A stretch of DNA of 64,000 nt. Source: Candidatus Omnitrophota bacterium. GTDB taxonomy: Bacteria; Omnitrophota; Gorgyraeia; Gygaellales; Profunditerraquicolaceae. The position numbers were made by a program, and so were the translations under genes. The notes under the pieces were generated by a model. The model saw nothing but the letters and a program-made list of their open reading frames with translations. It was not told where the DNA came from and searched no databases. The DNA lies in assembly GCA_041651035.1 (NCBI GenBank), contig JBAZKC010000002.1, forward strand, positions 120,697 through 184,696, in the 5' to 3' direction. Below are positions 1 to 8,812 of the stretch, one piece after another (within the stretch, counting starts at the first letter, position 1; each line of letters begins with the position of its first letter).

Positions 1-999
1 TCCAGGAACAGGGATTTTCCGGAAATAAAGGTTATTGATATGAGGTCTGTATACCGCGCGCCAAAGCAAAAAGGCCTGGTTTTATCAAGATATTTAGAGG
101 ACGCTATAGCCGCAAGCATTAATTCAGGCGGCAAGGCGCTCCTTTTCTTAGACCGCAAGGGTTTTGCTACTTTTGCCTCCTGTTCTACCTGCGGGAAAAC
201 CCTTAAATGCCCGCGCTGTGATATTAATTTAGTTTATCATTTTGATATTAATTCGTTGAATTGCCATTATTGTAATTTCAAATCTGAAGCGCCCAAGATT
301 TGCCCTGAATGTAACTCGGGTTACATCCGGTTCTTTGGGGCGGGCACAGAAAAGATAGAAAGCGAATTGTCCAGGATATTTGTAAAAGCGGTGGTAAAAA
401 GATTAGAATCCCGGGAGGATATGGATATTAAATCTGGCGATATATTCGTGGCAACCAGCGCTGTAATTAAACACGCAAACTATAATTTTGATATTGTGGG
501 TGTGCTGGGTATAGATAATTCCCTAAACCGCATTGATTTGCGCTCAAGCGAAAAAGCCTTTGCCTCCTTATTAGGCCTGTTAGGATTGACTGAACGCAAG
601 TTTATAATTCAAACAGCCCTGCCCATGAATAACTGTTTTCAGGCGCTGGTAAAGAAAGATATCGGTATATTTTACAAAGAGGAACTAAAACAAAGAAAGC
701 AGCTTGGTTTCCCTCCGTATAAACATATGGTTTTGGTAAAATTGCGGGGTAAATATGAGGACAAGGTTAAACAGGCAAGCCTTTCTTTGTCCGAAAGATT
801 AAATACTCATAATAAAAGCAAGGATATACGGATCCTTTCGGTTAATCCGGGCTATCCATCTAAATTACGGGGTAATTTCTATTGGCAAATATTAATTTCT
901 TCCGGCAATCCTAAAAAGGTAAGTGAGTTCTTAAAAACGTGCTTAAAATCTTTTTCGTCTTCTGGTATAATAGTCACCGTAGATGTTGACCCGTTGTAG
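1..999 (+). CDS. priA: Primosomal protein N' (PriA), C-terminal fragment. The ORF is open to the window start.
   Basis: Cys-rich zinc-binding region (CSTCGKTLKCPRCD...CHYCNF...CPEC) typical of the PriA C-terminal domain. The reading frame is open from base 1. Confidence 0.7.
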   Translation, partial: SRNRDFPEIKVIDMRSVYRAPKQKGLVLSRYLEDAIAASINSGGKALLFLDRKGFATFASCSTCGKTLKCPRCDINLVYHFDINSLNCHYCNFKSEAPKICPECNSGYIRFFGAGTEKIESELSRIFVKAVVKRLESREDMDIKSGDIFVATSAVIKHANYNFDIVGVLGIDNSLNRIDLRSSEKAFASLLGLLGLTERKFIIQTALPMNNCFQALVKKDIGIFYKEELKQRKQLGFPPYKHMVLVKLRGKYEDKVKQASLSLSERLNTHNKSKDIRILSVNPGYPSKLRGNFYWQILISSGNPKKVSEFLKTCLKSFSSSGIIVTVDVDPL

Positions 1000-1034
1000 A
1001 TAGTAGGTAGTAGATAGTAGGTGGTAGATAGGGA
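996..1034. repeat. Tandem repeat of about 2.5 copies of a 14-nt unit tagatagtaggt(a/g)g, followed by tagggagaag carrying an SD-like GGGAG.
   Basis: Direct reading: gtagatagtaggtagtagatagtaggtggtagataggg. A related copy lies at 31043-31086 and an inverted copy at 1412-1438. Confidence 0.8.
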
Positions 1035-1042
1035 GAAGTAAA

Positions 1043-1423
1043 GTGGCTAAAATACAAAGTTTTGAAGATTTAACTGTTTGGCAAAAAAGCCATGCGTTAG
1101 CCTTGGAGATTTATAAAATTACAAAGCATTTTCCATCAGAAGAAAAATTTGGATTGGTTTCGCAAATGAGAAGAGCGTCGGTTTCGGTTGCCGCGAATAT
1201 TGCGGAAGGGTTTAAAAGAAGAGGAAAAAGAGATAAAATAAATTTTTACAATATATCGCAAGGTTCGTTAACAGAGTTGGATTATTATTTAATTTTAGTT
1301 AAAGATTTAAAATATTTAGATTCTGATTCTGTCGGTAAGCTTAAACTTGTTGTAGATGAAGTTGGGAAGATGTTAAATGGCTTAATTTCAGCCATTGAAT
1401 TATCCCTAACCCCTGTCTACTAA
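1043..1423 (+). CDS. Four-helix-bundle protein (TIGR02436, the '23S rRNA intervening-sequence protein' family); GTG start
   Basis: Sequence WQKSHALALEIYKITKHFPSEEKFGLVSQMRRASVSVAANIAEGF is the hallmark of this family. Flanked by inverted TAGTAGGTAG repeats. Confidence 0.8.
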   Translation: MAKIQSFEDLTVWQKSHALALEIYKITKHFPSEEKFGLVSQMRRASVSVAANIAEGFKRRGKRDKINFYNISQGSLTELDYYLILVKDLKYLDSDSVGKLKLVVDEVGKMLNGLISAIELSLTPVY

Positions 1424-1438
1424 CTACTACCTACTGGC
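1412..1438. repeat. Inverted copy (cctgtctactaactactacctactgg) of the upstream TAGTAGGTAG repeat
   Basis: Its reverse complement, ccagtaggtagtagttagtagacagg, matches the repeat at 996-1034. Together they bracket the four-helix-bundle gene. Confidence 0.7.
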
Positions 1439-1439
1439 T

Positions 1440-2390
1440 ATGAAAATTATCTTTTTCGGAAGTTCACAATTCGCGGTTCCTTCACTGGAAGCGTTGTTGG
1501 CATCCGGCCATAAAGTTTCCTGCGTAGTCACGCAGCCGGACAGGAAGAAAGGCAGGGGATTCCATTTAGAAGGAACGCTGGTTAAGGCTCTGGCTTCTAA
1601 GTCCGGCATCGCGGTTTATCAACCCGAGGTAATTAATACCAAAGAATCAATCAAGTTCCTAAAAGACTTAAGCCCTGATTTATTTATAGTTGTCTCCTAT
1701 GGGCAGATATTATCACGGGAAATACTAGAGATCCCAAAAATATTTTCCCTAAATGCCCATGCTTCGCTATTGCCTAAATACCGCGGGGCAGCCCCCATAA
1801 GCAGGGCAATAATTAACGGAGATAAGTCCAGCGGGGTCACTATTATGAAAATGGCTGAAAAGATGGATGCCGGGCCGATAATTTTGCAGGAGGCAGTGGA
1901 TATTGAGGATGATGATACAACCCTTACATTAGAAGGCAAGTTGTCAAAGAGGGCAGCGAAGCTATTGATCGATTCTCTTAAATTAATAGAGAATAAAACT
2001 TATAATTTAACCGCGCAGGAAGAAGATAAGGTGAGTTTGGCGCCGAAACTTAAGAAAGAAACCGGATTGATCAATTGGGAGATGCCGGCGCAAGATATCA
2101 ATAATGTAGTGCGCGGGTGCGTGGGTTGGCCGGGAGCCTTTACTTATTACAACGGCAAATTATTAAAGATATATAAAGCAAGGGTTATCCCTTCTGTTTC
2201 CGGATCATCAAATTCATCTCCGGGAGAAATAATAAAAGCGGATAAGGAAAATATAATTGCCGCCGCGGGAAAAGATAATTTAGTAATCGAGGAATTACAG
2301 ATAGAGGGCAAGAGGAGAATGAGAGCCGAAGAATTTATCGCGGGGCATAAAATTAAGCCGGGAGAGCAGTTTGGTTGTCCCACCTCGTAA
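1440..2390 (+). CDS. fmt: Methionyl-tRNA formyltransferase
   Basis: N-terminal MKIIFFGS...VVTQPDRKKGRG and the SLNAHASLLPKYRGAAPI motif. Confidence 0.9.
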   Translation: MKIIFFGSSQFAVPSLEALLASGHKVSCVVTQPDRKKGRGFHLEGTLVKALASKSGIAVYQPEVINTKESIKFLKDLSPDLFIVVSYGQILSREILEIPKIFSLNAHASLLPKYRGAAPISRAIINGDKSSGVTIMKMAEKMDAGPIILQEAVDIEDDDTTLTLEGKLSKRAAKLLIDSLKLIENKTYNLTAQEEDKVSLAPKLKKETGLINWEMPAQDINNVVRGCVGWPGAFTYYNGKLLKIYKARVIPSVSGSSNSSPGEIIKADKENIIAAAGKDNLVIEELQIEGKRRMRAEEFIAGHKIKPGEQFGCPTS

Positions 2391-2455
2391 GATATGCTAA
2401 AATTTCCTTTGCATAATAAATTTAGTATGATATAATTTTAAGATATGCCAGAATT
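2384..2455. repeat. Two direct copies of the AAGATATGCYARAATT element. The second copy spans the GalT-like start codon. A TATAAT lies at 2431-2436.
   Basis: cctcgtaagatatgctaaaatt at 2384-2405 and taattttaagatatgccagaatt at 2432-2455. The same 22-mer recurs at 41765 and, inverted, at 44684. Confidence 0.7.
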
Positions 2456-3473
2456 AAGAAAAGATCCGATCATAGGTAGATGGGTAATTATTGCCACTGA
2501 GCGCGCCAGGCGGCCTGATCAATTCAGCGGCCAGCCGCAGGAGGTTGTGCCTGAGGGGGAGGTTTGCCCTTTTTGTGAGGGTAATGAATCCAAGACTCCT
2601 CCGGAAATATACGCGCTCAGGCCCGGGCATTCAGCTGCAAATACCCCTGGATGGGAATTAAGGGTTGTGCCCAGTATCGCGCCGTTCTTAAGGATAGAAG
2701 GCAGCCTTGACCGCAGGGGCAATGGCTTGTATGACCTGATGAATGGTGTTGGGGCCCATGAGATCGTCATCGAGACAAATCAGCACATAGCCAACATGGC
2801 GGATTTAAGTGAGGAGCAGATAGCCAAAGTCCTCACTTGTTATACAGACAGGATCACGGATCTGGAAAAGGACAAGCGTTTCAAATACGTCTTAGTATTT
2901 AAAAACTATGGTTGGACAGCCGGCGGCGGAAGTGTTAAGCATTCAAGGTCTCAGTTGATCGCTACCCCGGTTAACCCTAAACGAGTTAAGGAAGAATTAG
3001 TAGGTGCTAAGGCGTATTATGAGTATCATGAAAGATGCGTATTCTGCGATCTGATAAGGCAGGAGATAGCATCCAAGGACAGGCTTATATTGGATATCGA
3101 CGGTTTTATAGCGATAACGCCTTTTGCCGCAAGGTTCCCTTTTGAAGTCTGGATCCTGCCAAAGAAACATTCCCCTGATTTTACCAGCCTGGAAATGTCC
3201 ATGCGCCTTGACCTTGGCCGGGTAATAAAGAAAGTCCTGGCTAAATTGAAAAAGGGATTAAATGATCCGCCTTACAATTATGTCCTGCACACAGCTCCTT
3301 TCAGGCGCCAGGAGGTGGGTTATTGGAAAAGTATAGATAATGATTACCACTGGCATATTGAAATTATGCCCCGGCTTACCCGTGTAGCGGGTTTTGAGTG
3401 GGGCACCGGATTTTATATCTGCCCTTTGCCGCCTGAAGACGCGGCAAAGTTTTTAAGAGAGGTTGAAGTTTAA
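2445..3473 (+). CDS. GalT/HIT-family hexose-1-phosphate nucleotidyltransferase-like paralog 1. The catalytic His-Pro-His is replaced by His-Ser-Arg.
   Basis: CPFCEGNE zinc motif and GalT-like C-terminal HWHIEI motif. KHSRSQLIATP aligns with EHPHIQTIALP of the downstream paralog. Confidence 0.7.
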   Translation: MPELRKDPIIGRWVIIATERARRPDQFSGQPQEVVPEGEVCPFCEGNESKTPPEIYALRPGHSAANTPGWELRVVPSIAPFLRIEGSLDRRGNGLYDLMNGVGAHEIVIETNQHIANMADLSEEQIAKVLTCYTDRITDLEKDKRFKYVLVFKNYGWTAGGGSVKHSRSQLIATPVNPKRVKEELVGAKAYYEYHERCVFCDLIRQEIASKDRLILDIDGFIAITPFAARFPFEVWILPKKHSPDFTSLEMSMRLDLGRVIKKVLAKLKKGLNDPPYNYVLHTAPFRRQEVGYWKSIDNDYHWHIEIMPRLTRVAGFEWGTGFYICPLPPEDAAKFLREVEV

Positions 3474-4474
3474 TGTCAGAATTAAGAAGAGACCCTATTG
3501 TAGGAAGATGGGTGATAGTAGATACGGATCACCCCAGCAAGCCGGAAGATTTCCAGCATGAGCCTCATACCTGGCGGGGAGGGACGTGCCCCTTCTGTTA
3601 CGGTAACGAGCTATTGACCCCGCCGGAAATAGATTCGACCAGGGATCCTAATACCAGGCCTAATACATCCGGCTGGCAGGTCCGTGTGGTCCCGAATAAA
3701 TTCCCCGCGCTCCAGATCGAAGGCGATATAGACAGGCGGGCATTGGGTATTTATGATATGTCCAACGGCGTTGGAGCGCATGAGGTGCTGATCGATTCGC
3801 CCTACCATAATAAAAACCTTCCGGACCTGTTAAACAGCGAGATAGAGTGTATTATCTCTATGCTTTGCCGCAGAGCCATAGATCTTACCAAAGACCATCG
3901 TTTTAAATATTTAATGATCTTTAAAAACTATGGACCCGCGGCAGGGGCTTCATTAGAGCATCCGCATATCCAGACCATCGCTCTTCCTATGGTTCCTAAG
4001 AACGTCTTAGAAGAGATACACGGCTCAAGTAACTATTTTAAATACCGCGAACGCTGCATATTCTGCGATATGGTAAGGCAGGAGGAACAGGAAAAGGAAA
4101 GAATAGTCCTGGAAAACAAATATTTTCTTTCTTTTTGCCCGTTTGTCTCGCGGTTTCCTTTTGAGATCTGGATAATTCCCAAGAAGCACAGCAGCCATTT
4201 TTGTTATATACATCCTGAAGAGATCCCGTCGCTGGCGGAAATAATAAAAGATACTTTATCTAAATTAAGAAATGTTTTTCCTGACCCGGCGTATAATTTT
4301 ATTATTCATTCCTTGCCGATAAACGGCGATGCCGGGGCCGGCGTAGGTTATTATCATTGGCATATTGAGATTATGCCGAAATTAACACGCGTTGCTGGTT
4401 TTGAGTGGGGATCGGGTTTTTATGTTGTTTCAACCCCGCCGGAACTGGCCGCTAAATATTTAAGAGAAAAATAA
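3473..4474 (+). CDS. galT: Galactose-1-phosphate uridylyltransferase-family protein (class I GalT-like) with a canonical HPH active site
   Basis: CPFCYGNE motif, EHPHIQ motif and HWHIEIMPKLTRVAGFEWG motif. TAATG overlap with the upstream paralog. Confidence 0.75.
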   Translation: MSELRRDPIVGRWVIVDTDHPSKPEDFQHEPHTWRGGTCPFCYGNELLTPPEIDSTRDPNTRPNTSGWQVRVVPNKFPALQIEGDIDRRALGIYDMSNGVGAHEVLIDSPYHNKNLPDLLNSEIECIISMLCRRAIDLTKDHRFKYLMIFKNYGPAAGASLEHPHIQTIALPMVPKNVLEEIHGSSNYFKYRERCIFCDMVRQEEQEKERIVLENKYFLSFCPFVSRFPFEIWIIPKKHSSHFCYIHPEEIPSLAEIIKDTLSKLRNVFPDPAYNFIIHSLPINGDAGAGVGYYHWHIEIMPKLTRVAGFEWGSGFYVVSTPPELAAKYLREK

Positions 4475-5509
<1,035 letters not shown>

Positions 5510-5532
5510 TTTTTTAGAAGTTTATCTGCTGG

Positions 5533-5570
5533 AAAAGGAGCGACAGAAATGTCGCTCCTTTTTTGTTTTA
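5533..5570 (+). terminator. Rho-independent terminator after gap
   Basis: Hairpin ggagcgaca-gaaa-tgtcgctcc followed by ttttttg. Confidence 0.8.
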
Positions 5571-5577
5571 TCATGAC

Positions 5578-5640
5578 AGGGACTGTCCCCGCAGTCGGCT
5601 ATAGCGTAGCAAACTAAAGGGGACTGTCCCTAAGATAAAA
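5578..5640. repeat. Two copies of the GGGACTGTCCC palindrome (GGGGAC-N-GTCCCC family) separated by about 30 nt
   Basis: Direct reading: gggactgtcccc ... ggggactgtccctaag. The arms GGGAC and GTCCC are reverse complements. Confidence 0.8.
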
Positions 5641-5707
5641 ATCAGGTATAACTCTTTTCGTTAGAAAATAAGAGTTCCTGCGTCTATTATAAGTGAGGGC
5701 ATAAATT

Positions 5708-6403
5708 ATGGAGCTTAAAAAGCGTATACCTATAAACAACTGGCCTAAGGAAGACCGGCCCAGGGAGAAGCTATTAGAGAATGGCGAGCATACTTTAAGC
5801 GATTCCGAGCTGCTGGCGATCATTTTGAGGACAGGAGTAAAGGGAGAAAGCGCCTTGGATCTGGCAAGGAGGATTTTACGGAAATTTAAGACTTTTCGTA
5901 AAATGGGGCAGGCGGATCCGCATCACTGGAAGGAATTAAAGGGCCTGGGTGACGCGAAGCTTGCCCAGATAAAAGCATCCATCGAGATAGCAAGAAGATA
6001 CCAGGAAGAAAAACTTAAGGAGAGCCGTCCTAAAGTAGAGTCTTCAAAAGATGTGGTTGGTATCCTCAGGCCCCGGATGCAGGATTTAAAAAAAGAGGTA
6101 TTTAAGGTTTTGTTCTTAAATTCACAAAACAGGATTATAGATATAATTGAGATAGAGGAAGGAAGCGTGGATCAGGCAAGGCCTATAATAAGAGAGGTTT
6201 TTCAAGAGGCCCTAAAGCAGTTTGCTTCTTTTCTGATCTGTGTCCACAATCATCCTTCCGGAGATCCTAAGCCTAGCGAAGAAGACAAAGAGTTCACGCG
6301 GGCATTAGCTACCGCAGGAGACGCGCTGCTTATAAAATGCCTGGATCATATAATTATCGGAAACGGGAGTTATTTCAGTTTTTGTGATGAGAAGCTTATT
6401 TAA
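5708..6403 (+). CDS. radC: DNA repair protein RadC (JAMM/MPN-domain, UPF0758)
   Basis: C-terminal HNHPSGDPKPSEED JAMM-like motif. N-terminal helix-hairpin-helix-like region. Confidence 0.85.
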   Translation: MELKKRIPINNWPKEDRPREKLLENGEHTLSDSELLAIILRTGVKGESALDLARRILRKFKTFRKMGQADPHHWKELKGLGDAKLAQIKASIEIARRYQEEKLKESRPKVESSKDVVGILRPRMQDLKKEVFKVLFLNSQNRIIDIIEIEEGSVDQARPIIREVFQEALKQFASFLICVHNHPSGDPKPSEEDKEFTRALATAGDALLIKCLDHIIIGNGSYFSFCDEKLI

Positions 6404-6621
6404 GGAAGGAAGTCCTGAAGTTTCTTTTTATAGATCGCCGCGAATTCTTTTAATTGGACGGTGTCAATGCGGCGCTGTCCGGCTTCTAATTTGGAGATGT
6501 AGGATTGCGTCCTGCCTAATTTTTTAGCCGCGTCTACCTGCCTGAGTTTTGCCGCTTTACGCGCTTTAATCAGCTTACCGACTAAATCCTTATGGCTCTT
6601 TGTAAAAATAGTTTTATCCAT
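6400..6621 (-). CDS. XRE-family helix-turn-helix transcriptional regulator of 74 aa. The ORF track over-extends upstream; the start is taken at MDKTIF.
   Basis: KLRQVDAAKKLGRTQSYISKLEAGQRRIDTVQL is a canonical HTH_3 (XRE) motif. Confidence 0.7.
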   Translation of the reverse strand: MDKTIFTKSHKDLVGKLIKARKAAKLRQVDAAKKLGRTQSYISKLEAGQRRIDTVQLKEFAAIYKKKLQDFLP

Positions 6622-6666
6622 TTCGCTTGACACCTCAGGATTCCTATAATATACTAATCTTGTTAA

Positions 6667-6685
6667 TATTCCAAAATGGAATATA
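6667..6685. promoter_or_regulatory. Perfect inverted repeat atattcca-aaa-tggaatat upstream of the XRE regulator gene; candidate operator
   Basis: Direct reading. It sits in the divergent promoter region between the xre gene and the secreted-protein gene. Confidence 0.4.
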
Positions 6686-6829
6686 GATATTAGGCAGATT
6701 AGGATGAAACACCCTGCGCTTATCGTGCCCGGAGCATAACAGGTATTGCGCCGGGTATAACCCAATAAGTTACACCCAAACATATCGGATTGTTTGGTGT
6801 GGCCTTTCTGGCCAAGGAGGGTTTAATCT

Positions 6830-7321
6830 ATGCGAAAATTAGGGTTTTTAGTTGTTTTTATCTTGGGTTTATTTAATTTATGCCTTGCCGCGGAGGAATC
6901 CATTACCATTACTACGTATTATCCGTCACCTTATGGAAGCTATAACCAAGTAGAGGTGCACCGCAGCGTTACTTATAAACCGGTAGATAAGAATACGCTT
7001 GATGATCCTAAAGAAGGGGAGTTGGTTTATAATTCTTCTGATGATTCGTTATATCTTTACAACGGCTCTACCTGGGTAAAGCAAGGAGGAGGGAGTACCT
7101 GCGTCGTCACCTACAATAGTGTTGTTGGTAGCTGTAGTTGTCCCAGTGGTTGGACTCTTAAACTAGATCTCGGTCCCTGGGGCTACTGCTACAGCACCTA
7201 CTACCGCCCCGCCTTTTTCCGCCCGCCGGGCGGAGGCTGCCCCAGCGACAGCAACTGGGGGGGGAGCGGCACCAATATCGGCGCCTCTCTCGGTGAGGGT
7301 TGTTTTTGTTGCCAAAACTAA
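6830..7321 (+). CDS. Secreted hypothetical protein with a signal peptide and a C-terminal domain containing 10 Cys
   Basis: N-terminal MRKLGFLVVFILGLFNLCLA signal peptide. C-terminal CSCPSGW...CYSTYY...GGGCPSD...GCFCCQN. SD aaggaggg upstream. Confidence 0.6.
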   Translation: MRKLGFLVVFILGLFNLCLAAEESITITTYYPSPYGSYNQVEVHRSVTYKPVDKNTLDDPKEGELVYNSSDDSLYLYNGSTWVKQGGGSTCVVTYNSVVGSCSCPSGWTLKLDLGPWGYCYSTYYRPAFFRPPGGGCPSDSNWGGSGTNIGASLGEGCFCCQN

Positions 7322-8092
7322 ATGATTCGTAGGGGAAACTGGTTATTTATTACACTTTTCTTTTGCTCCAACACTTTTGCTTACGATATTAAACCTTATT
7401 TAAACCAATCTCCTTGCGAGGACGAAAAACTTAACTTGGTTTTTTGTTCTTTAAATTACCAAAATAAAGAAGATTCCTTAGAAGATACAAAGATACTTAT
7501 CCGAAGGCTAAAGGGAACCAATCCTTTTGATGAATTCAGGAACCTTGGATTTTGGTATATAGCCCTATCTAAAGAGGAAGAGAGGGAGATCTTCAAGCCA
7601 GCGCCAAGTTTTCCTCCCTGGCAAGTCCCTCAAGGCTTCATAAACAGTATCTCCAAACGCATTAAATCTGTTTACAAGTTAATCATAATTGACGCAAGAG
7701 GATATGTCTCATGTTCGGAGTTATCTTCTCTTGCTAAAACTTCTTTGATCATGTTAGGTAAGGCACGATATAAAGATGAAAACAGTTTTACTAAAGGGTT
7801 TTTGCATGAGTTGGGCCATTCTTTAGGCCTGCGTGATGAGAGTCCGCAGGGTGAAGCAATGCTTTGTTTACCCGGGCCGCCAAATTGCGCCGTTACCAGG
7901 CAGGAAGCAGAGAGGCTTTGGGGTGATCTAGTAGGAAAAGATTCAAGAGCAAATTATATTTCCGGCTGCTGCGGGAATAAGAATTATATCCGGCCAACCA
8001 TTGCTTCTTTGATGAATGATCCGGATAAGGCAGAGGATTTTGGTCCGGTGAATGAGAGGTATTTGCGCCATGTTTTAGGGATAGGCCCCTAA
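7322..8092 (+). CDS. Putative secreted zinc metallopeptidase with an HExxHxxGxxDE motif (M64-like)
   Basis: Hydrophobic N-terminus, HELGHSLGLRDES motif and a Cys-rich C-terminus. The start abuts the stop of the upstream gene. Confidence 0.5.
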   Translation: MIRRGNWLFITLFFCSNTFAYDIKPYLNQSPCEDEKLNLVFCSLNYQNKEDSLEDTKILIRRLKGTNPFDEFRNLGFWYIALSKEEEREIFKPAPSFPPWQVPQGFINSISKRIKSVYKLIIIDARGYVSCSELSSLAKTSLIMLGKARYKDENSFTKGFLHELGHSLGLRDESPQGEAMLCLPGPPNCAVTRQEAERLWGDLVGKDSRANYISGCCGNKNYIRPTIASLMNDPDKAEDFGPVNERYLRHVLGIGP

Positions 8093-8146
8093 GATCGATT
8101 CTCCGAGAACCACCTATCGGGGTCAGTCCCCTGGATTTAAAAATCT

Positions 8147-8176
8147 TGACATTGTATATCATTATGATATACTTTA
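8147..8176 (+). promoter_or_regulatory. Sigma70-like promoter for the toxin-antitoxin operon: TTGACA-N16-TATACT
   Basis: Direct reading: cttgacattgtatatcattatgatatact, followed by the SD ggaggtg. Confidence 0.55.
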
Positions 8177-8192
8177 AGCGGAGGTGATAAAG

Positions 8193-8426
8193 ATGTCCGC
8201 GATGATGAATAAAGAATTGTTGATAAGGATGCCATCTTCTCTTTATGAACAAACGATTAAACTCTCCAGGAAAAGATACATGACCATTTCTTCTTTTATC
8301 CGGGAATTGATTATCGAACAGGTAGAAAGCTCTCTATCCGCGGAAGAAGAAAAGATTGTCGCGCAGGCCGAGAGGCAGTATCTAAAAGGAAGAGGCGTTA
8401 ACTGGAGAAAAGTGAAGCGTGGTTAA
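8193..8426 (+). CDS. Ribbon-helix-helix (CopG-like) antitoxin
   Basis: Small protein directly upstream of, and overlapping, a RelE/ParE toxin gene. SD ggaggtg upstream. The ORF track begins at a GTG at 8184. Confidence 0.6.
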   Translation: MSAMMNKELLIRMPSSLYEQTIKLSRKRYMTISSFIRELIIEQVESSLSAEEEKIVAQAERQYLKGRGVNWRKVKRG

Positions 8427-8691
8427 CTTTGAAGTCCTTTTAATGCCTCAAGCGCTTAAATTCTATAAAACCTGTCCGGAAGAACTCGCCGGCAGGCTAA
8501 ATAAGTGCTTTGAAGAGCTAGAAGGCAATCCTTTCTTCGGGCCGAATATTAAAATATTGAAAGGCGAAAAGAGGCGTTATAGATATCGTATAGGTACCTA
8601 TCGGGTAATTTACGGCATTGACAAAGAAAGCAATAAGGTTATTATTACTTTAATTGCTCCCCGCCATTCTGTATATCGAAATATAAGTTAA
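8419..8691 (+). CDS. RelE/ParE-family type II toxin. Start is either GTG at 8419 or ATG at 8443.
   Basis: YRYRIGTYRVIYGIDKESNKVIITLIAPRHSVY is the typical RelE/ParE C-terminal region. 8-nt overlap with the antitoxin. Confidence 0.7.
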   Translation: MVNFEVLLMPQALKFYKTCPEELAGRLNKCFEELEGNPFFGPNIKILKGEKRRYRYRIGTYRVIYGIDKESNKVIITLIAPRHSVYRNIS

Positions 8692-8708
8692 CGAATAAAT
8701 CTTTCCGC

Positions 8709-8790
8709 AGGGGCTGTCCCTTAACTTCGGCTTAGGGACAGGCTCCTAAGACCAGCCCTTAGGGGACTACATTTCGGACCCAGTCCCTGT
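8709..8790. repeat. Cluster of GGGGAC-N-GTCCCC family palindromes
   Basis: Copies: aggggctgtccctta, cttagggacaggctcctaag, cccttaggggactac...cagtccctg. Confidence 0.7.
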
Positions 8791-8812
8791 TTTTTATGCT
8801 ATAATCCCGCTT

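Noticed and set aside
996-1034. Possible CRISPR array, because of tandem short repeats
   Set aside because: There are only about 2.5 contiguous 14-nt units with no spacers. There are no cas genes and no repeat-spacer periodicity. It is a simple tandem repeat.
1043-1423. Four-helix-bundle gene taken to indicate an rRNA intervening sequence
   Set aside because: No rRNA sequence is present in the window. The gene lies between priA and fmt, so this is a free-standing copy of the family.
6700-6829. Riboswitch upstream of the secreted-protein gene
   Set aside because: Only short generic hairpins (cccgg...ccggg, ccaaaca...tgtttgg) are present. There is no resemblance to a known riboswitch consensus that I can recognise.
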